NCBI GenBank assembly: GCA_024278215.1
Contig: JAJRTR010000148.1
Span: 1 to 38,006 of the forward strand
Origin: a bacterium
GTDB taxonomy: Bacteria > UBP15 > UBA6099 > JAJRTR01
Reading direction: 5' to 3'
DNA: 38,006 bases
The notes below the pieces were generated by a model. The model saw only the letters and a program-made list of their open reading frames with translations, ran no database searches and was not told the origin of the DNA. Below, one piece after another: positions 16,755-26,317 of the stretch (the first letter of the stretch is position 1; each line of letters opens with the position of its first letter). Position numbers and translations under genes: made by a program.

Positions 16755-19700
16755 ATGAGTCTGCTTGAGAAAACATTTAACAGCCCCGGCATGCAAAGGG
16801 CGCTCGAGGCTGCGGGTGATTCCAGGCAGCCGATCTCTATCACAGGCGTTCTAGGCATGTCGCTGATGCTGTTCGGCCTTGCCTTTGCAAACGACACCCG
16901 CCTGCCCCTGATGATGATATTCCCCGACGAAGACCGCCTCTATCTTTTTGACACCGAACTGCACTGGCTGCTCGAACAGGAATCGATGTCCGGTATCTGG
17001 CAGGTGGCGTCGCTGCCCGATTTCGACGCGCACGAAATAGAAGAACCAGCGATGGTGAAGAACAAGAATTCACACCGTATGAGGGCGCTTACTGCGCTGT
17101 ATAGCGACAGCGGCGGCATCCCCTGGATACTTGCCACGCCCGGCGGCGCGCTCCGAAACGCAATGAACCGCGAAAACTTCCGAAAACACACCGTCTGTTT
17201 CGATATGGGTGCTGAGATAACACCCGCCACCGCCGCCGAGCGGCTCGTCGCCGCCGGTTATGAACGAAAAAAGATTGTCAAATCACCCGGCCGGTTCTGC
17301 ATACGCGGCGGTATGATAGACGTGTTCCCAATACAGGGCGACGCGCCGGCAAGGATAGAACTCGCAGGCGATATTATTGATGAAATAAGAATATTCGATC
17401 CGGATACACAGCGCTCCAGCGCTAAGATCGAATCGTTGACAGCCGCGCCGTGCTCCGAGACGCTCGCGCATCTTGCCCGAGGTGAGCGCGACCATCTTCG
17501 CAAAGACCACAGGCACCTGGCCGAACACGGCATGTCGTTTACTGAGTCGGCACTGTATCCGACGGCTTTTTCGGCTGGCGAGAACCTGCTCGAAAGCGGC
17601 GCTGTCGATAGAATAATCATTGTAGACGAGACCCGGTGCCGCGAAGCCTTTGCGGCGCGGCGCGAAGTGATGTCTCTCCGGCTCGAGAACAACGATTTCA
17701 CAGACCCGGAAAAAGTATTGGATGGTATTTATTCGAGTGAATTCGATGATATTTTGAAAAACTCCGGAACTGTGTCATTGAACCCGCGCCCGGCAGCAGA
17801 GCAGCCCGGCACGGTCTCGCTCCCGGTTTCCTCGCTCCCGCCGCTGCCCCTCAGCCTTGACGCTATAGCGCAAAGCATCCGCCGCGACCTCAAACACGGT
17901 GAAGTCGCCGTCATATCAAAATATAAAAAACGCCTCGACAGTTTTCTCGCGGGGGAAGGGATTCATAACGCTGAAATGTTCGAGGGCGATATACGGGGCG
18001 GTATAAAAATCACCGACATTCCTTTTTTCATTTATACAGATTCGGACATGTTCCAGCGCCCTCCGCCGAGAAAAAAGAAGCGCGCCCACGCAGTGGCTGA
18101 AAAAAGCAGAGCGACGATAAAAACGCCGGATGACATATCCGAAGGCGACTATGTCGTACATGTTGACCACGGTGTAGGCATCTACAAAGGCATAGAGCGA
18201 CAATCGTCGGGAGACGGCTACGACCGCGACTTTTTCCGCATCATGTACGGAAAAGGAGATGCACTTTTCGTGCCGGTCGACCAGTTGAGCCGCATCGAGA
18301 AATATATCGGAGCGGGCGCGTCACTGCCGAAGATATATCCGCTCAACTCGAAGCGCTGGGGCAATGTGAAAAAGAAAGTGCAGGAAAAAGTCGACAGGTT
18401 TGCCGCGCAGCTATACTACCTTTACCAGGAAAGAATGAATGTGCGCGGTTACAAATTCAGCGGAGACAACATTTTTCTACATGAACTCGCGGCATCCTTT
18501 CCCTATGAAGAAACAGCGGATCAGTTGACGGCCATTGAAGATGTTTACAGGGATATGGAAGCCGAAAAACCTATGGACCGGCTCGTATACGGAGACGTCG
18601 GTTACGGCAAAACAGAAGTCGCCGTGCGCGCGGCGTTCAAGGCGGCTGTCGACAAAAAGCAAGTCGCTATACTCGCTCCCACAACGATTCTCGCGCATCA
18701 GCATGGCGAAACATTCAGGGAGCGGCTCGCAAGATTCCCCGTCACTGTCGATGTCATATCACGCTTCAAGTCGCGCAAAGAACAGAAAGAAATCATCGCC
18801 CGTCTCGCATCCGGCGAGCTCGACGTAGTCATCGGCACACATCGGATTCTGTCGAAGGACATCAAATTCAAAAACCTTGGTTTGCTCATAATCGACGAAG
18901 AACAGCGCTTCGGCGTCAAACACAAGGAAAAACTCAAAATGATGAAAACCAATATGGATGTGCTCACACTGACCGCGACACCGATACCACGCACAATGAA
19001 TATGTCCATGCTTAATTTGCGGGACATGAGCATGATATCGACGCCGCCCGAAGACAGGCGCGCGGTGATGACATTTGTCGAAGAGTCCAATCAGCAATCG
19101 CTTAATATCGCCATCGGCAGGGAACTCGCCCGCAGGGGCCAGGTGTATTTCGTACACAATGTCATCGAGACAATAGGTAAGGTGAAGGAGAATCTCGAAG
19201 CGGCGTTTCCACGCGCCCGAATCGCAACATGCCACGGAAAAATGCCCGAGAAACAGATCGAGCAGACTATGGTCGATTTCTACAACGGTGTCCACGACAT
19301 TCTCGTGAGCACAACGATAATCGAGAACGGGCTGGACATCCCGAATGTGAATACACTGATTGTCGAGGGCGCGGAAAACTTCGGACTCGCGCAACTTTAC
19401 CAGCTAAGGGGCCGAGTGGGACGCTCATATCGACAGTCCTACGCATACTTTTTCCACGGCCCGCGCGCGTTCATGAACGATAAAGCGAAAAAACGGCTCG
19501 AAGCGATCAGCGACTTCGCCGACCTCGGCTCCGGCTATCAACTTGCCATGAAGGACTTCGAGATACGGGGTGCCGGCAACCTGCTGGGACGCGAGCAGCA
19601 TGGCTATATCACTGAAGTCGGCTTCCACCTGTACTGCCGGATGCTTTCCGATTCCGTGAACAAAATGCGCGGCATTCAGGAAGAACCGCGAAAACCGCTC

Positions 19701-20159
19701 GAGGTCGATTTCACCGTAAGCGCATTTATTCCCGAAGACTACATCGCGGAGATGTCCGAACGCACATCACTGTACAAGAAACTTGTGCAATGCGAAACGA
19801 TCGAAGAAGTCGAGGCGGTCGAGGCCGAAACCACAGACAGGTTCGGCGAACCGCCCCTGTCGCTCAGGAGAATATTGAAACAGGCGAAAATCCGCGTACT
19901 TGCGAACGCGCTTGGTGTCGCTAAAATCAAAACCCACCCACGCTCGGATTCCACAGACATCACCTTCCAGACAGATGAAGACAGAATACGATTCCATGAC
20001 GGCCCCTACCCCATCGCCGTCCATGCCGAGATCGAGCATATAGGTGACATCACGCGCCTTGTCCACAGGGGATACAACCCCGACCAGGTTATGGACCAGT
20101 TCTTTTTCTACTTCAAATTCATCTATGACGAACTTACGGAAATCGCGGAATCGGAATAA
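16755..20159 (+). CDS. mfd: Transcription-repair coupling factor
   Basis: UvrB-like N-terminus, RID (GDYVVHVDHGVG), GDVGYGKTEVA, DEEQRFG, TATPIPRT, QLRGRVGR, TRG motif, TRCF domain. Confidence 0.97.
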   Translation: MSLLEKTFNSPGMQRALEAAGDSRQPISITGVLGMSLMLFGLAFANDTRLPLMMIFPDEDRLYLFDTELHWLLEQESMSGIWQVASLPDFDAHEIEEPAMVKNKNSHRMRALTALYSDSGGIPWILATPGGALRNAMNRENFRKHTVCFDMGAEITPATAAERLVAAGYERKKIVKSPGRFCIRGGMIDVFPIQGDAPARIELAGDIIDEIRIFDPDTQRSSAKIESLTAAPCSETLAHLARGERDHLRKDHRHLAEHGMSFTESALYPTAFSAGENLLESGAVDRIIIVDETRCREAFAARREVMSLRLENNDFTDPEKVLDGIYSSEFDDILKNSGTVSLNPRPAAEQPGTVSLPVSSLPPLPLSLDAIAQSIRRDLKHGEVAVISKYKKRLDSFLAGEGIHNAEMFEGDIRGGIKITDIPFFIYTDSDMFQRPPPRKKKRAHAVAEKSRATIKTPDDISEGDYVVHVDHGVGIYKGIERQSSGDGYDRDFFRIMYGKGDALFVPVDQLSRIEKYIGAGASLPKIYPLNSKRWGNVKKKVQEKVDRFAAQLYYLYQERMNVRGYKFSGDNIFLHELAASFPYEETADQLTAIEDVYRDMEAEKPMDRLVYGDVGYGKTEVAVRAAFKAAVDKKQVAILAPTTILAHQHGETFRERLARFPVTVDVISRFKSRKEQKEIIARLASGELDVVIGTHRILSKDIKFKNLGLLIIDEEQRFGVKHKEKLKMMKTNMDVLTLTATPIPRTMNMSMLNLRDMSMISTPPEDRRAVMTFVEESNQQSLNIAIGRELARRGQVYFVHNVIETIGKVKENLEAAFPRARIATCHGKMPEKQIEQTMVDFYNGVHDILVSTTIIENGLDIPNVNTLIVEGAENFGLAQLYQLRGRVGRSYRQSYAYFFHGPRAFMNDKAKKRLEAISDFADLGSGYQLAMKDFEIRGAGNLLGREQHGYITEVGFHLYCRMLSDSVNKMRGIQEEPRKPLEVDFTVSAFIPEDYIAEMSERTSLYKKLVQCETIEEVEAVEAETTDRFGEPPLSLRRILKQAKIRVLANALGVAKIKTHPRSDSTDITFQTDEDRIRFHDGPYPIAVHAEIEHIGDITRLVHRGYNPDQVMDQFFFYFKFIYDELTEIAESE

Positions 20160-20322
20160 GATTATCCTCCCCCCCCTTATTACGTTGTGAGCGATAAGGC
20201 GTTTTTCAGCTATAACCCTTATCCCACATATTTCACCAATGCGGGCTAAACAGTACTATTCTTAGACCGCGGCGGCATCTTTCGTTATAATCCTTGAGAT
20301 GACTATTTGCCGGAGGAAGAAC

Positions 20323-23085
20323 ATGAAACAAAGAATCCTGACATCAACACTTGCAATTGCTGTTCTTATTATGGTTTCGTCTGCCGCCGTTGCAGAACCC
20401 GGCAACGATATAGGCACCACAAAAAAAACGATACTCGACAACGGGCTTACTGTGATCACAAAAGAAATACACACCGCGCCGGTAGTCTACTTCAGTATAT
20501 GGTACAAAGTGGGTGCGCGAAATGAGACAACCGGAATTACCGGCATATCTCATGCGCTCGAACACATGATGTTTAAAGGTTCCACGAAATTCCCACGGGC
20601 CGGCGAGTCGGACGAACTTGTCCGGCGCATCGGCGGCATGGGCAACGCGGGCACGAGTACCGACTACACGGTATTCTACGAGACCGTGCCGACCGGCATG
20701 GAAGATAAGGTCATCGATATCGAGTCCGACCGTATGTCAAACGCTCTGTTGCGTGCCGATGATTTCGCCTCTGAGATCAAAGTGGTAATGGAAGAGCGGA
20801 AGATGCGTAATGAAGACAGCGCGAAAGGTCTTTTCTGGGAAGAGATCAACGCCGCCGCCTTTAAAGTACATCCATACGGATGGCCGATTGTCGGCTGGAT
20901 GAACGACCTGAAAGCAATGAAGATTGAAGACCTTCGCAAGTATTACAAAAGCCACTACGCGCCGGATAATGCTATTGTGGTAATGTGCGGTGATTTCAAC
21001 ACGGAAGAAGCAATGAAAAAAATATCCGCGACTTTCGGGAAGGTGGCGAGAGCCGAAACTCCGGCCCCGAAAATGAACCAGGTCGAACCACAACAGGAAG
21101 TCGAAAAACGTATTGTATATCCATCGAAAAAATCAAATCTCGCCTATGTTGTTTACGCGTATCACGCGCCGACTTATGGGCACCCTGACAGCCCTGCGCT
21201 CGAAATTGTGGACAGCATTCTGAGCAGCGGCCGCCTTTCGCGCCTCTCGCAAACCTTCGTGGAATCCGGACTTGCCAGTTCGGCCGACGCTGTGCACGAC
21301 ACCAATACGGACCCTTACCTTTTCTACTTCGAGATAGAGCTCGTGCCAGGTGTCGACACTGACCTGATCGAGAAAAAACTCGCCGAACTCATAGAAGACC
21401 TGAAGCAGAATCCGGTCACCGAACATGAGCTTCAAAAGGCCAAAAACAGGTTCATCGCGGAGGAAGTCCTGTCTTCGCAGAGCATATCGAGCTATGGCCG
21501 CAAGCTCGGCTGGTTCGACCTCACAACCGGCGACCCGGATTTCTGGGACAAATATATAAAAGAAATAAACGATGTAACCGCCGATGATGTGATGAACGTC
21601 GCAAAGAAATATTTCAGGCCGACAAACCGAACTGTGGGCATCCTGATACCGGAAGGCAATGGTGCCGGTATGTCGTCTGAAAAACCGGAACATAACACCG
21701 GACCCCGGAAGGAATACGCCTACACAGGCGCGAAACACGACGAGATGCCCAATGCCGGTACCGAAATTAAACCCTTTGCATCTATCGCGGCAGACGGGGA
21801 CACCGAATTTCCCGGAATAGACTTCGCGTCACGTGTAAAGAAAAAGGTACTGTCCAACGGACTCACTCTTTTAATATACGAGAACCCGGCATTCCCGGTG
21901 GTTGTTGTGAACGGTGTCATTCGCGGCGGCGGATCATACAGCGACCCGGAAGACTTGAGCGGACTGGCAAAACTCACCGCGGCCACAATGCGCAGAGGCA
22001 CGAAAACAAGAACATACGATGAGATAAATGAAGCGCTGGAGTTCGTCGGCGCAAGCGTCGAACTGTCCGCGGGCAACGAGGCTTCGGTTTTCAGCGGCGA
22101 GTTTCTGAAAAAAGATTTTTCGACGGGTTTCGAACTTTTGTCCGACATCCTTCTCAACCCGTCATTCCCGGAAGACGGTTTCGAGATCGAAAGAAACATC
22201 GCTGTCGCGCAATATACCGCTATGCAGAAAAATACGCGCAGCATGGCATGGAAAAAATACATGAACATGATGTACAGAGGACATCCGTATTCGAACCCGG
22301 TCGACGGTTCGGAAGCCGGACTTGCGGCGGCTACTGTCGAAGCCATGAAAACATTCCACGATAATAACTATCGTCCGGAAAACACGATAATCGCCGTGGC
22401 GGGAGACGTAACCGCGGCAGAGGCAGGACAACTCGCCGAAAAACTGCTGGGCAAGTGGGAACGCGGCGGCAGGAAATTCAACCCGCCGCCCGTCGCTGAT
22501 CTCAAGGGCTTCAGCAGCGAAACGATCGACATGCCCGAGAAAATGCAGGATGTTTTCGTGATGGGTTTCCGATCGCCGAGACCGGCGGATGATGACTATG
22601 AAACTTTTGATATGATGACCGACATACTGGCGGGCACCGACCTCACATCGAGGCTCTACACGACAATCAGAGAACAGGAAGGTCTCGTCTATTATGTGTA
22701 CGGTTTCGATCTCGCGAAAACCGCCGCCGCCGCTTTCCAGATATCCGGCGGCGTCAGTCCGCAGAATCTCAACCGCGCAATCGAGCTTACGAAAAAGGAG
22801 ATCGCGAGGATAAGCGAGGAACCGGTCGGCGACGAGGAACTCGCGGACGCTAAGAGTTACGCCGTCGGCCACCTGCCGCTGACGATAGAAACAAATTCGC
22901 AAATCGCGAAGTTGCTTACTTCCTATGAATATCACGGTCGCAGCTTCGACGACATCGATAATTATGCCGACAAGGTTAACAAAATCACGATGGATGATAT
23001 AATGAATGTTGCCCGCAAGTACCTGGTTATCGACAAGTGTGTGCTCGCAGTGGCAGGGCCGGAACCCGGCGATATTGAAAAATAA
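20323..23085 (+). CDS. Exported M16 (pitrilysin/insulinase) zinc protease, two-module
   Basis: GGAGG RBS, signal peptide, HALEHMMFKGS (HxxEH); second module without the zinc motif but with SRL...IREQEGLVY. Confidence 0.93.
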   Translation: MKQRILTSTLAIAVLIMVSSAAVAEPGNDIGTTKKTILDNGLTVITKEIHTAPVVYFSIWYKVGARNETTGITGISHALEHMMFKGSTKFPRAGESDELVRRIGGMGNAGTSTDYTVFYETVPTGMEDKVIDIESDRMSNALLRADDFASEIKVVMEERKMRNEDSAKGLFWEEINAAAFKVHPYGWPIVGWMNDLKAMKIEDLRKYYKSHYAPDNAIVVMCGDFNTEEAMKKISATFGKVARAETPAPKMNQVEPQQEVEKRIVYPSKKSNLAYVVYAYHAPTYGHPDSPALEIVDSILSSGRLSRLSQTFVESGLASSADAVHDTNTDPYLFYFEIELVPGVDTDLIEKKLAELIEDLKQNPVTEHELQKAKNRFIAEEVLSSQSISSYGRKLGWFDLTTGDPDFWDKYIKEINDVTADDVMNVAKKYFRPTNRTVGILIPEGNGAGMSSEKPEHNTGPRKEYAYTGAKHDEMPNAGTEIKPFASIAADGDTEFPGIDFASRVKKKVLSNGLTLLIYENPAFPVVVVNGVIRGGGSYSDPEDLSGLAKLTAATMRRGTKTRTYDEINEALEFVGASVELSAGNEASVFSGEFLKKDFSTGFELLSDILLNPSFPEDGFEIERNIAVAQYTAMQKNTRSMAWKKYMNMMYRGHPYSNPVDGSEAGLAAATVEAMKTFHDNNYRPENTIIAVAGDVTAAEAGQLAEKLLGKWERGGRKFNPPPVADLKGFSSETIDMPEKMQDVFVMGFRSPRPADDDYETFDMMTDILAGTDLTSRLYTTIREQEGLVYYVYGFDLAKTAAAAFQISGGVSPQNLNRAIELTKKEIARISEEPVGDEELADAKSYAVGHLPLTIETNSQIAKLLTSYEYHGRSFDDIDNYADKVNKITMDDIMNVARKYLVIDKCVLAVAGPEPGDIEK

Positions 23086-23155
23086 GCGCAGGACATATTA
23101 GTATGAACCGCACTGTGCACTTCTTCCGATGGTATACAGGCCCTGGAGGTATCTG

Positions 23156-24244
23156 ATGAACGCTGAACATCTATATGCTGTCGTAATGGCGGGCGGCCGA
23201 GGCTCACGGTTCTGGCCCCGCAGCAGAAAAAAATGTTCCAAACAGACTCTGAATATCATCGGAAATAATACGATGATCCAGGACTCTGTCTACAGGCTCT
23301 CGGACATCATAGGCCCCGACAGGATTTTTATTATGACCAACTCGCTTCTGCGCGACCAGATACTCGAGCAGGTGCCCGAAGTTCCGCCTGCGCAGGTGAT
23401 TGCCGAACCGGCGAGCCGCAATACCGCGCCATGTATCGGGCTTGCGGCTGTAATACTCCGCAGGCGAGACCCGGACGCGATCATGGCCGCATTCGCAGCC
23501 GACCACTTGATAAAGGATGTCGGACGCTTCCACCGCGACCTTGTGATGGCCGCCAGCTTCGCCACCGACCGTAAAGAGATTGTAACATTCGGGGTGCCGA
23601 CTGAAAGGCCGGAAACAGGATTCGGCTATCTCCAGGCAGGCGAGGTGGTTGCAGATTCGGGCAACGGCGATGTTGTTCGGAAGGTCAGGCGATTCGTGGA
23701 AAAACCGGATGTCGAACGGGCGGAAATGTTTCACAAAGACCCGGACTATTATATAAACAGCGGTATGTTTGTGTGGCATGTCTCCACGATACTCGAGGAG
23801 ATCGAACACTACCTTCCCGACATGGCCGCGGGACTTTATGAAATCGAAAAGAACCTTGGCACACCGCTGGAATTCAAATCGCTCGGCGAGGTTTTTCCGG
23901 ACCTCGAACCGGTCTCCATAGACTATGGCGTAATGGAAAAGTCGGAGCGGGTTGTTATGGTCGCCGCTGGTTTCGGATGGAACGATATAGGCAGCTGGGG
24001 TTCGCTGTACGATGTGTGGCCTAAAGACAAACAGGGCAACGCCTGTATATGCAGAAAGTTGACGATCGACACAAATAACAGCCTTGTTTACAGCCCCGGC
24101 AAACTCGTCGCGGTGATCGGAATGCATGACGTGATTATTGTGGAAACGGAAGACGCGCTGCTTGTGTGTCACAAGGACAGGGCGCAGGATGTCAGCAAAG
24201 TTATCGATCTTTGCAGAAAGAACCGAATGGAAGAATATCTATAG
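23156..24244 (+). CDS. manC: Mannose-1-phosphate guanylyltransferase (no PMI cupin domain)
   Basis: GGAGG RBS; MAGGRGSRFWPRSR, EPASRNTAPCI, ADH, PETGFGY, FVEKP, NSGMF, SIDYGVME, WNDIGSW. Confidence 0.93.
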   Translation: MNAEHLYAVVMAGGRGSRFWPRSRKKCSKQTLNIIGNNTMIQDSVYRLSDIIGPDRIFIMTNSLLRDQILEQVPEVPPAQVIAEPASRNTAPCIGLAAVILRRRDPDAIMAAFAADHLIKDVGRFHRDLVMAASFATDRKEIVTFGVPTERPETGFGYLQAGEVVADSGNGDVVRKVRRFVEKPDVERAEMFHKDPDYYINSGMFVWHVSTILEEIEHYLPDMAAGLYEIEKNLGTPLEFKSLGEVFPDLEPVSIDYGVMEKSERVVMVAAGFGWNDIGSWGSLYDVWPKDKQGNACICRKLTIDTNNSLVYSPGKLVAVIGMHDVIIVETEDALLVCHKDRAQDVSKVIDLCRKNRMEEYL

Positions 24245-24250
24245 GTAAAT

Positions 24251-24298
24251 GCCAATTGCGGCTGACCTGTGCCGGACCAGAATTTTGCAATTGGATCA
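24251..24298 (+). mobile_element. Truncated MITE copy (one TIR plus ~30 bp)
   Basis: Reverse complement TGATCCAATTGCAAAATTCTGGTCCGGCACAGGTCAGCCGCAATTGGC aligns ungapped with copy 1 start TGAGCCGATTGCAAAATTCTGATTCGGCTGCGGTCGGCTGCTATTGTC. Confidence 0.75.
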
Positions 24299-24322
24299 TA
24301 AGATGAAAAGGGGACAAGAAAA

Positions 24323-25426
24323 ATGATTATCGGCGTACCGAAAGAAATTAAAGAAGAAGAATACCGGGTTGCGATAACACCTGCCGGTGTGAGATCGTTC
24401 GTGGAGTCCGGGCACAAGGTGATAATTGAAAAAACCGCGGGAGTTGGCAGCTACATAACTGCCAGGGAATACAAGGAAGCAGGCGCGAATATTGCCGCGA
24501 ATATTGCGAACGTCTATAAAAGAGCAGACATGATTTTAAAGGTCAAGGAACCGCTTCCGCCCGAATATGATCTTATACGCGAGGGACAGCTTCTGTTCAC
24601 CTACCTGCATCTCGCGGCGAACGAAAAGCTGACACGACATCTCATGAAGAGCGGTTCGACCTGCATCGCGTATGAAACCGTCACGAGGAGCGACGGGCAC
24701 CTACCGCTGCTACGGCCCATGAGCGAAGTTGCGGGAAAAATGGCGGTCCAGGTGGGCTGCCAGTTCCTCGAAAAAAGAAAAGGCGGCCGGGGTATTCTCA
24801 TCAGTGGAGTGCCGGGAGTACCGCCTGGCGATGTTGTGATCATAGGCGGCGGTGTGGTCGGACTGAGCGCCGCGCAGCTTGCTGTCGGACTCGGTGCGCA
24901 GGTGGCGATACTCGATGTCAGCACAAAAGTGCTGCGCCATGTCGACGAGAACATGCACGGCCGTGTAATTACTATTAAATCCACTCCCCAGTCCGTGGAA
25001 AGCGCTGTGAAATATGCAGACCTCGTCGTCGGCGCAGTTCTCGTAACCGGCGCGAAAGCGCCCAAAGTCGTCACGCGGCGCATGATCAAAGAAATGAAGC
25101 CCGGCTCCGTTATCGTCGATGTCGCCATCGACCAGGGGGGCTGCATCGAAACAAGCAAACTGACCACTCATTCGCATCCGACATTCACTTACAACGATGT
25201 CGTCCATTATTGTGTGGGTAACATGCCCGGCGCTGTGCCGCGCACATCAACACTCGCTCTGACAAACGAAACACTTCCATACGCCCTCGAACTCGCTAAC
25301 AAAGGATTCATTGATGCTGTGAAAGGTAACGAAGGTCTCGCCAACGGTGTAAATATTCACGATGGTAAATGCGTTCATCAGGGCGTGGCTGAGGCATTCA
25401 AACTTAAACTTTCGGAGATTTTTTGA
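24323..25426 (+). CDS. ald: Alanine dehydrogenase
   Basis: MIIGVPKEIK, KVKEP, FTYLHLAA, PMSEVAG, GGGVVG, DVAIDQGGC, NMPGAVPRTST. Confidence 0.97.
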   Translation: MIIGVPKEIKEEEYRVAITPAGVRSFVESGHKVIIEKTAGVGSYITAREYKEAGANIAANIANVYKRADMILKVKEPLPPEYDLIREGQLLFTYLHLAANEKLTRHLMKSGSTCIAYETVTRSDGHLPLLRPMSEVAGKMAVQVGCQFLEKRKGGRGILISGVPGVPPGDVVIIGGGVVGLSAAQLAVGLGAQVAILDVSTKVLRHVDENMHGRVITIKSTPQSVESAVKYADLVVGAVLVTGAKAPKVVTRRMIKEMKPGSVIVDVAIDQGGCIETSKLTTHSHPTFTYNDVVHYCVGNMPGAVPRTSTLALTNETLPYALELANKGFIDAVKGNEGLANGVNIHDGKCVHQGVAEAFKLKLSEIF

Positions 25427-25480
25427 TAATGTTGACCGTTGCCGAATAGTTACTATTAACAGACAAAAGGAGACAAAACT

Positions 25481-26155
25481 GTGGCTGAAGAAAAAAAGGA
25501 TTCGCAAAAAAATCCGCCGGATGATGGCAAAAAGCAGATTATCGTCCGTGGCAGGATAACAAAAGTCGTTGCTGAAAAAATAAAGGACGGCCCGGTTTCC
25601 GGTATGGAATTGTTCGTCCAGCCGTCTGAGGTCAAGGCAAACGGCAAATTCCTGGAAGTATGGTTTGAATACAAAGTTACATACCAGGAAAAGATCGGAT
25701 CGATAGAACTGCGCGGTGTGTTGCTGTTCGAACTCGACGAGATAACCGCCCGGAAGGTCTCGGACGATTTCGCCGCGAAAGGTTATTTCGAAAGTCCATG
25801 GGCGGAAACAGTCGCGAACAATATCAATTTCAAATGCAGTACGGACGCCGTGTTCCCGGCAAAAATCATGGAACTTCCCGCGCCGATCATGCCGCCGCGT
25901 ATCGCTATGGCAAACCAGCCCGGCGCGAAGCAGAGCGCGGACGATGCCGCTGGAAAGGCTGCGGGCGTTGCTCCGGGACAATCTGCCCCTGCCTCAACAC
26001 CACCGCCCAAAAGACCTGTCGCACGACCCGACCTTAGAAAAAAGGAAGAGGAGAAAAAGATAAAACTGGGCAAGGGCACCGTAAGAAAACCAGGTTCCAC
26101 GAAAACAGGATTCCCTTTCCCGCCTGCCGCTCCGCCTCCGTTTACAAAAGACTGA
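25481..26155 (+). CDS. Hypothetical protein resembling a conserved archaeal family, with Pro/Lys-rich tail
   Basis: AAGGAG RBS plus GTG; globular region FEYKVTY..IGSIELRG...NNINF...LPAPIMPPRI; followed by a terminator. Confidence 0.75.
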   Translation: MAEEKKDSQKNPPDDGKKQIIVRGRITKVVAEKIKDGPVSGMELFVQPSEVKANGKFLEVWFEYKVTYQEKIGSIELRGVLLFELDEITARKVSDDFAAKGYFESPWAETVANNINFKCSTDAVFPAKIMELPAPIMPPRIAMANQPGAKQSADDAAGKAAGVAPGQSAPASTPPPKRPVARPDLRKKEEEKKIKLGKGTVRKPGSTKTGFPFPPAAPPPFTKD

Positions 26156-26173
26156 ACATTTATTACAACAAAC

Positions 26174-26219
26174 AAACCGGTGGAACCTGTCTGGTTCCGC
26201 CGGTTTTGCGTTTTTATTT
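26174..26219 (+). terminator. Intrinsic terminator
   Basis: AAACCGGTGGAACC-TGTCT-GGTTCCGCCGGTTT stem followed by T-rich run. Confidence 0.8.
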
Positions 26220-26317
26220 CTATTTTCTCTTTTATTTTATCAAGAACTGTTTGGTTTTCCGTTTGTCTTACATATAAAGTATATGGTAGACAGTATATAT
26301 CCATTGGAGTTGACTCG

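Noticed and set aside
26180-26317. N-terminal extension of the alpha-2-macroglobulin ORF
   Set aside because: Runs through the terminator; RBS and signal peptide point to ATG 26318
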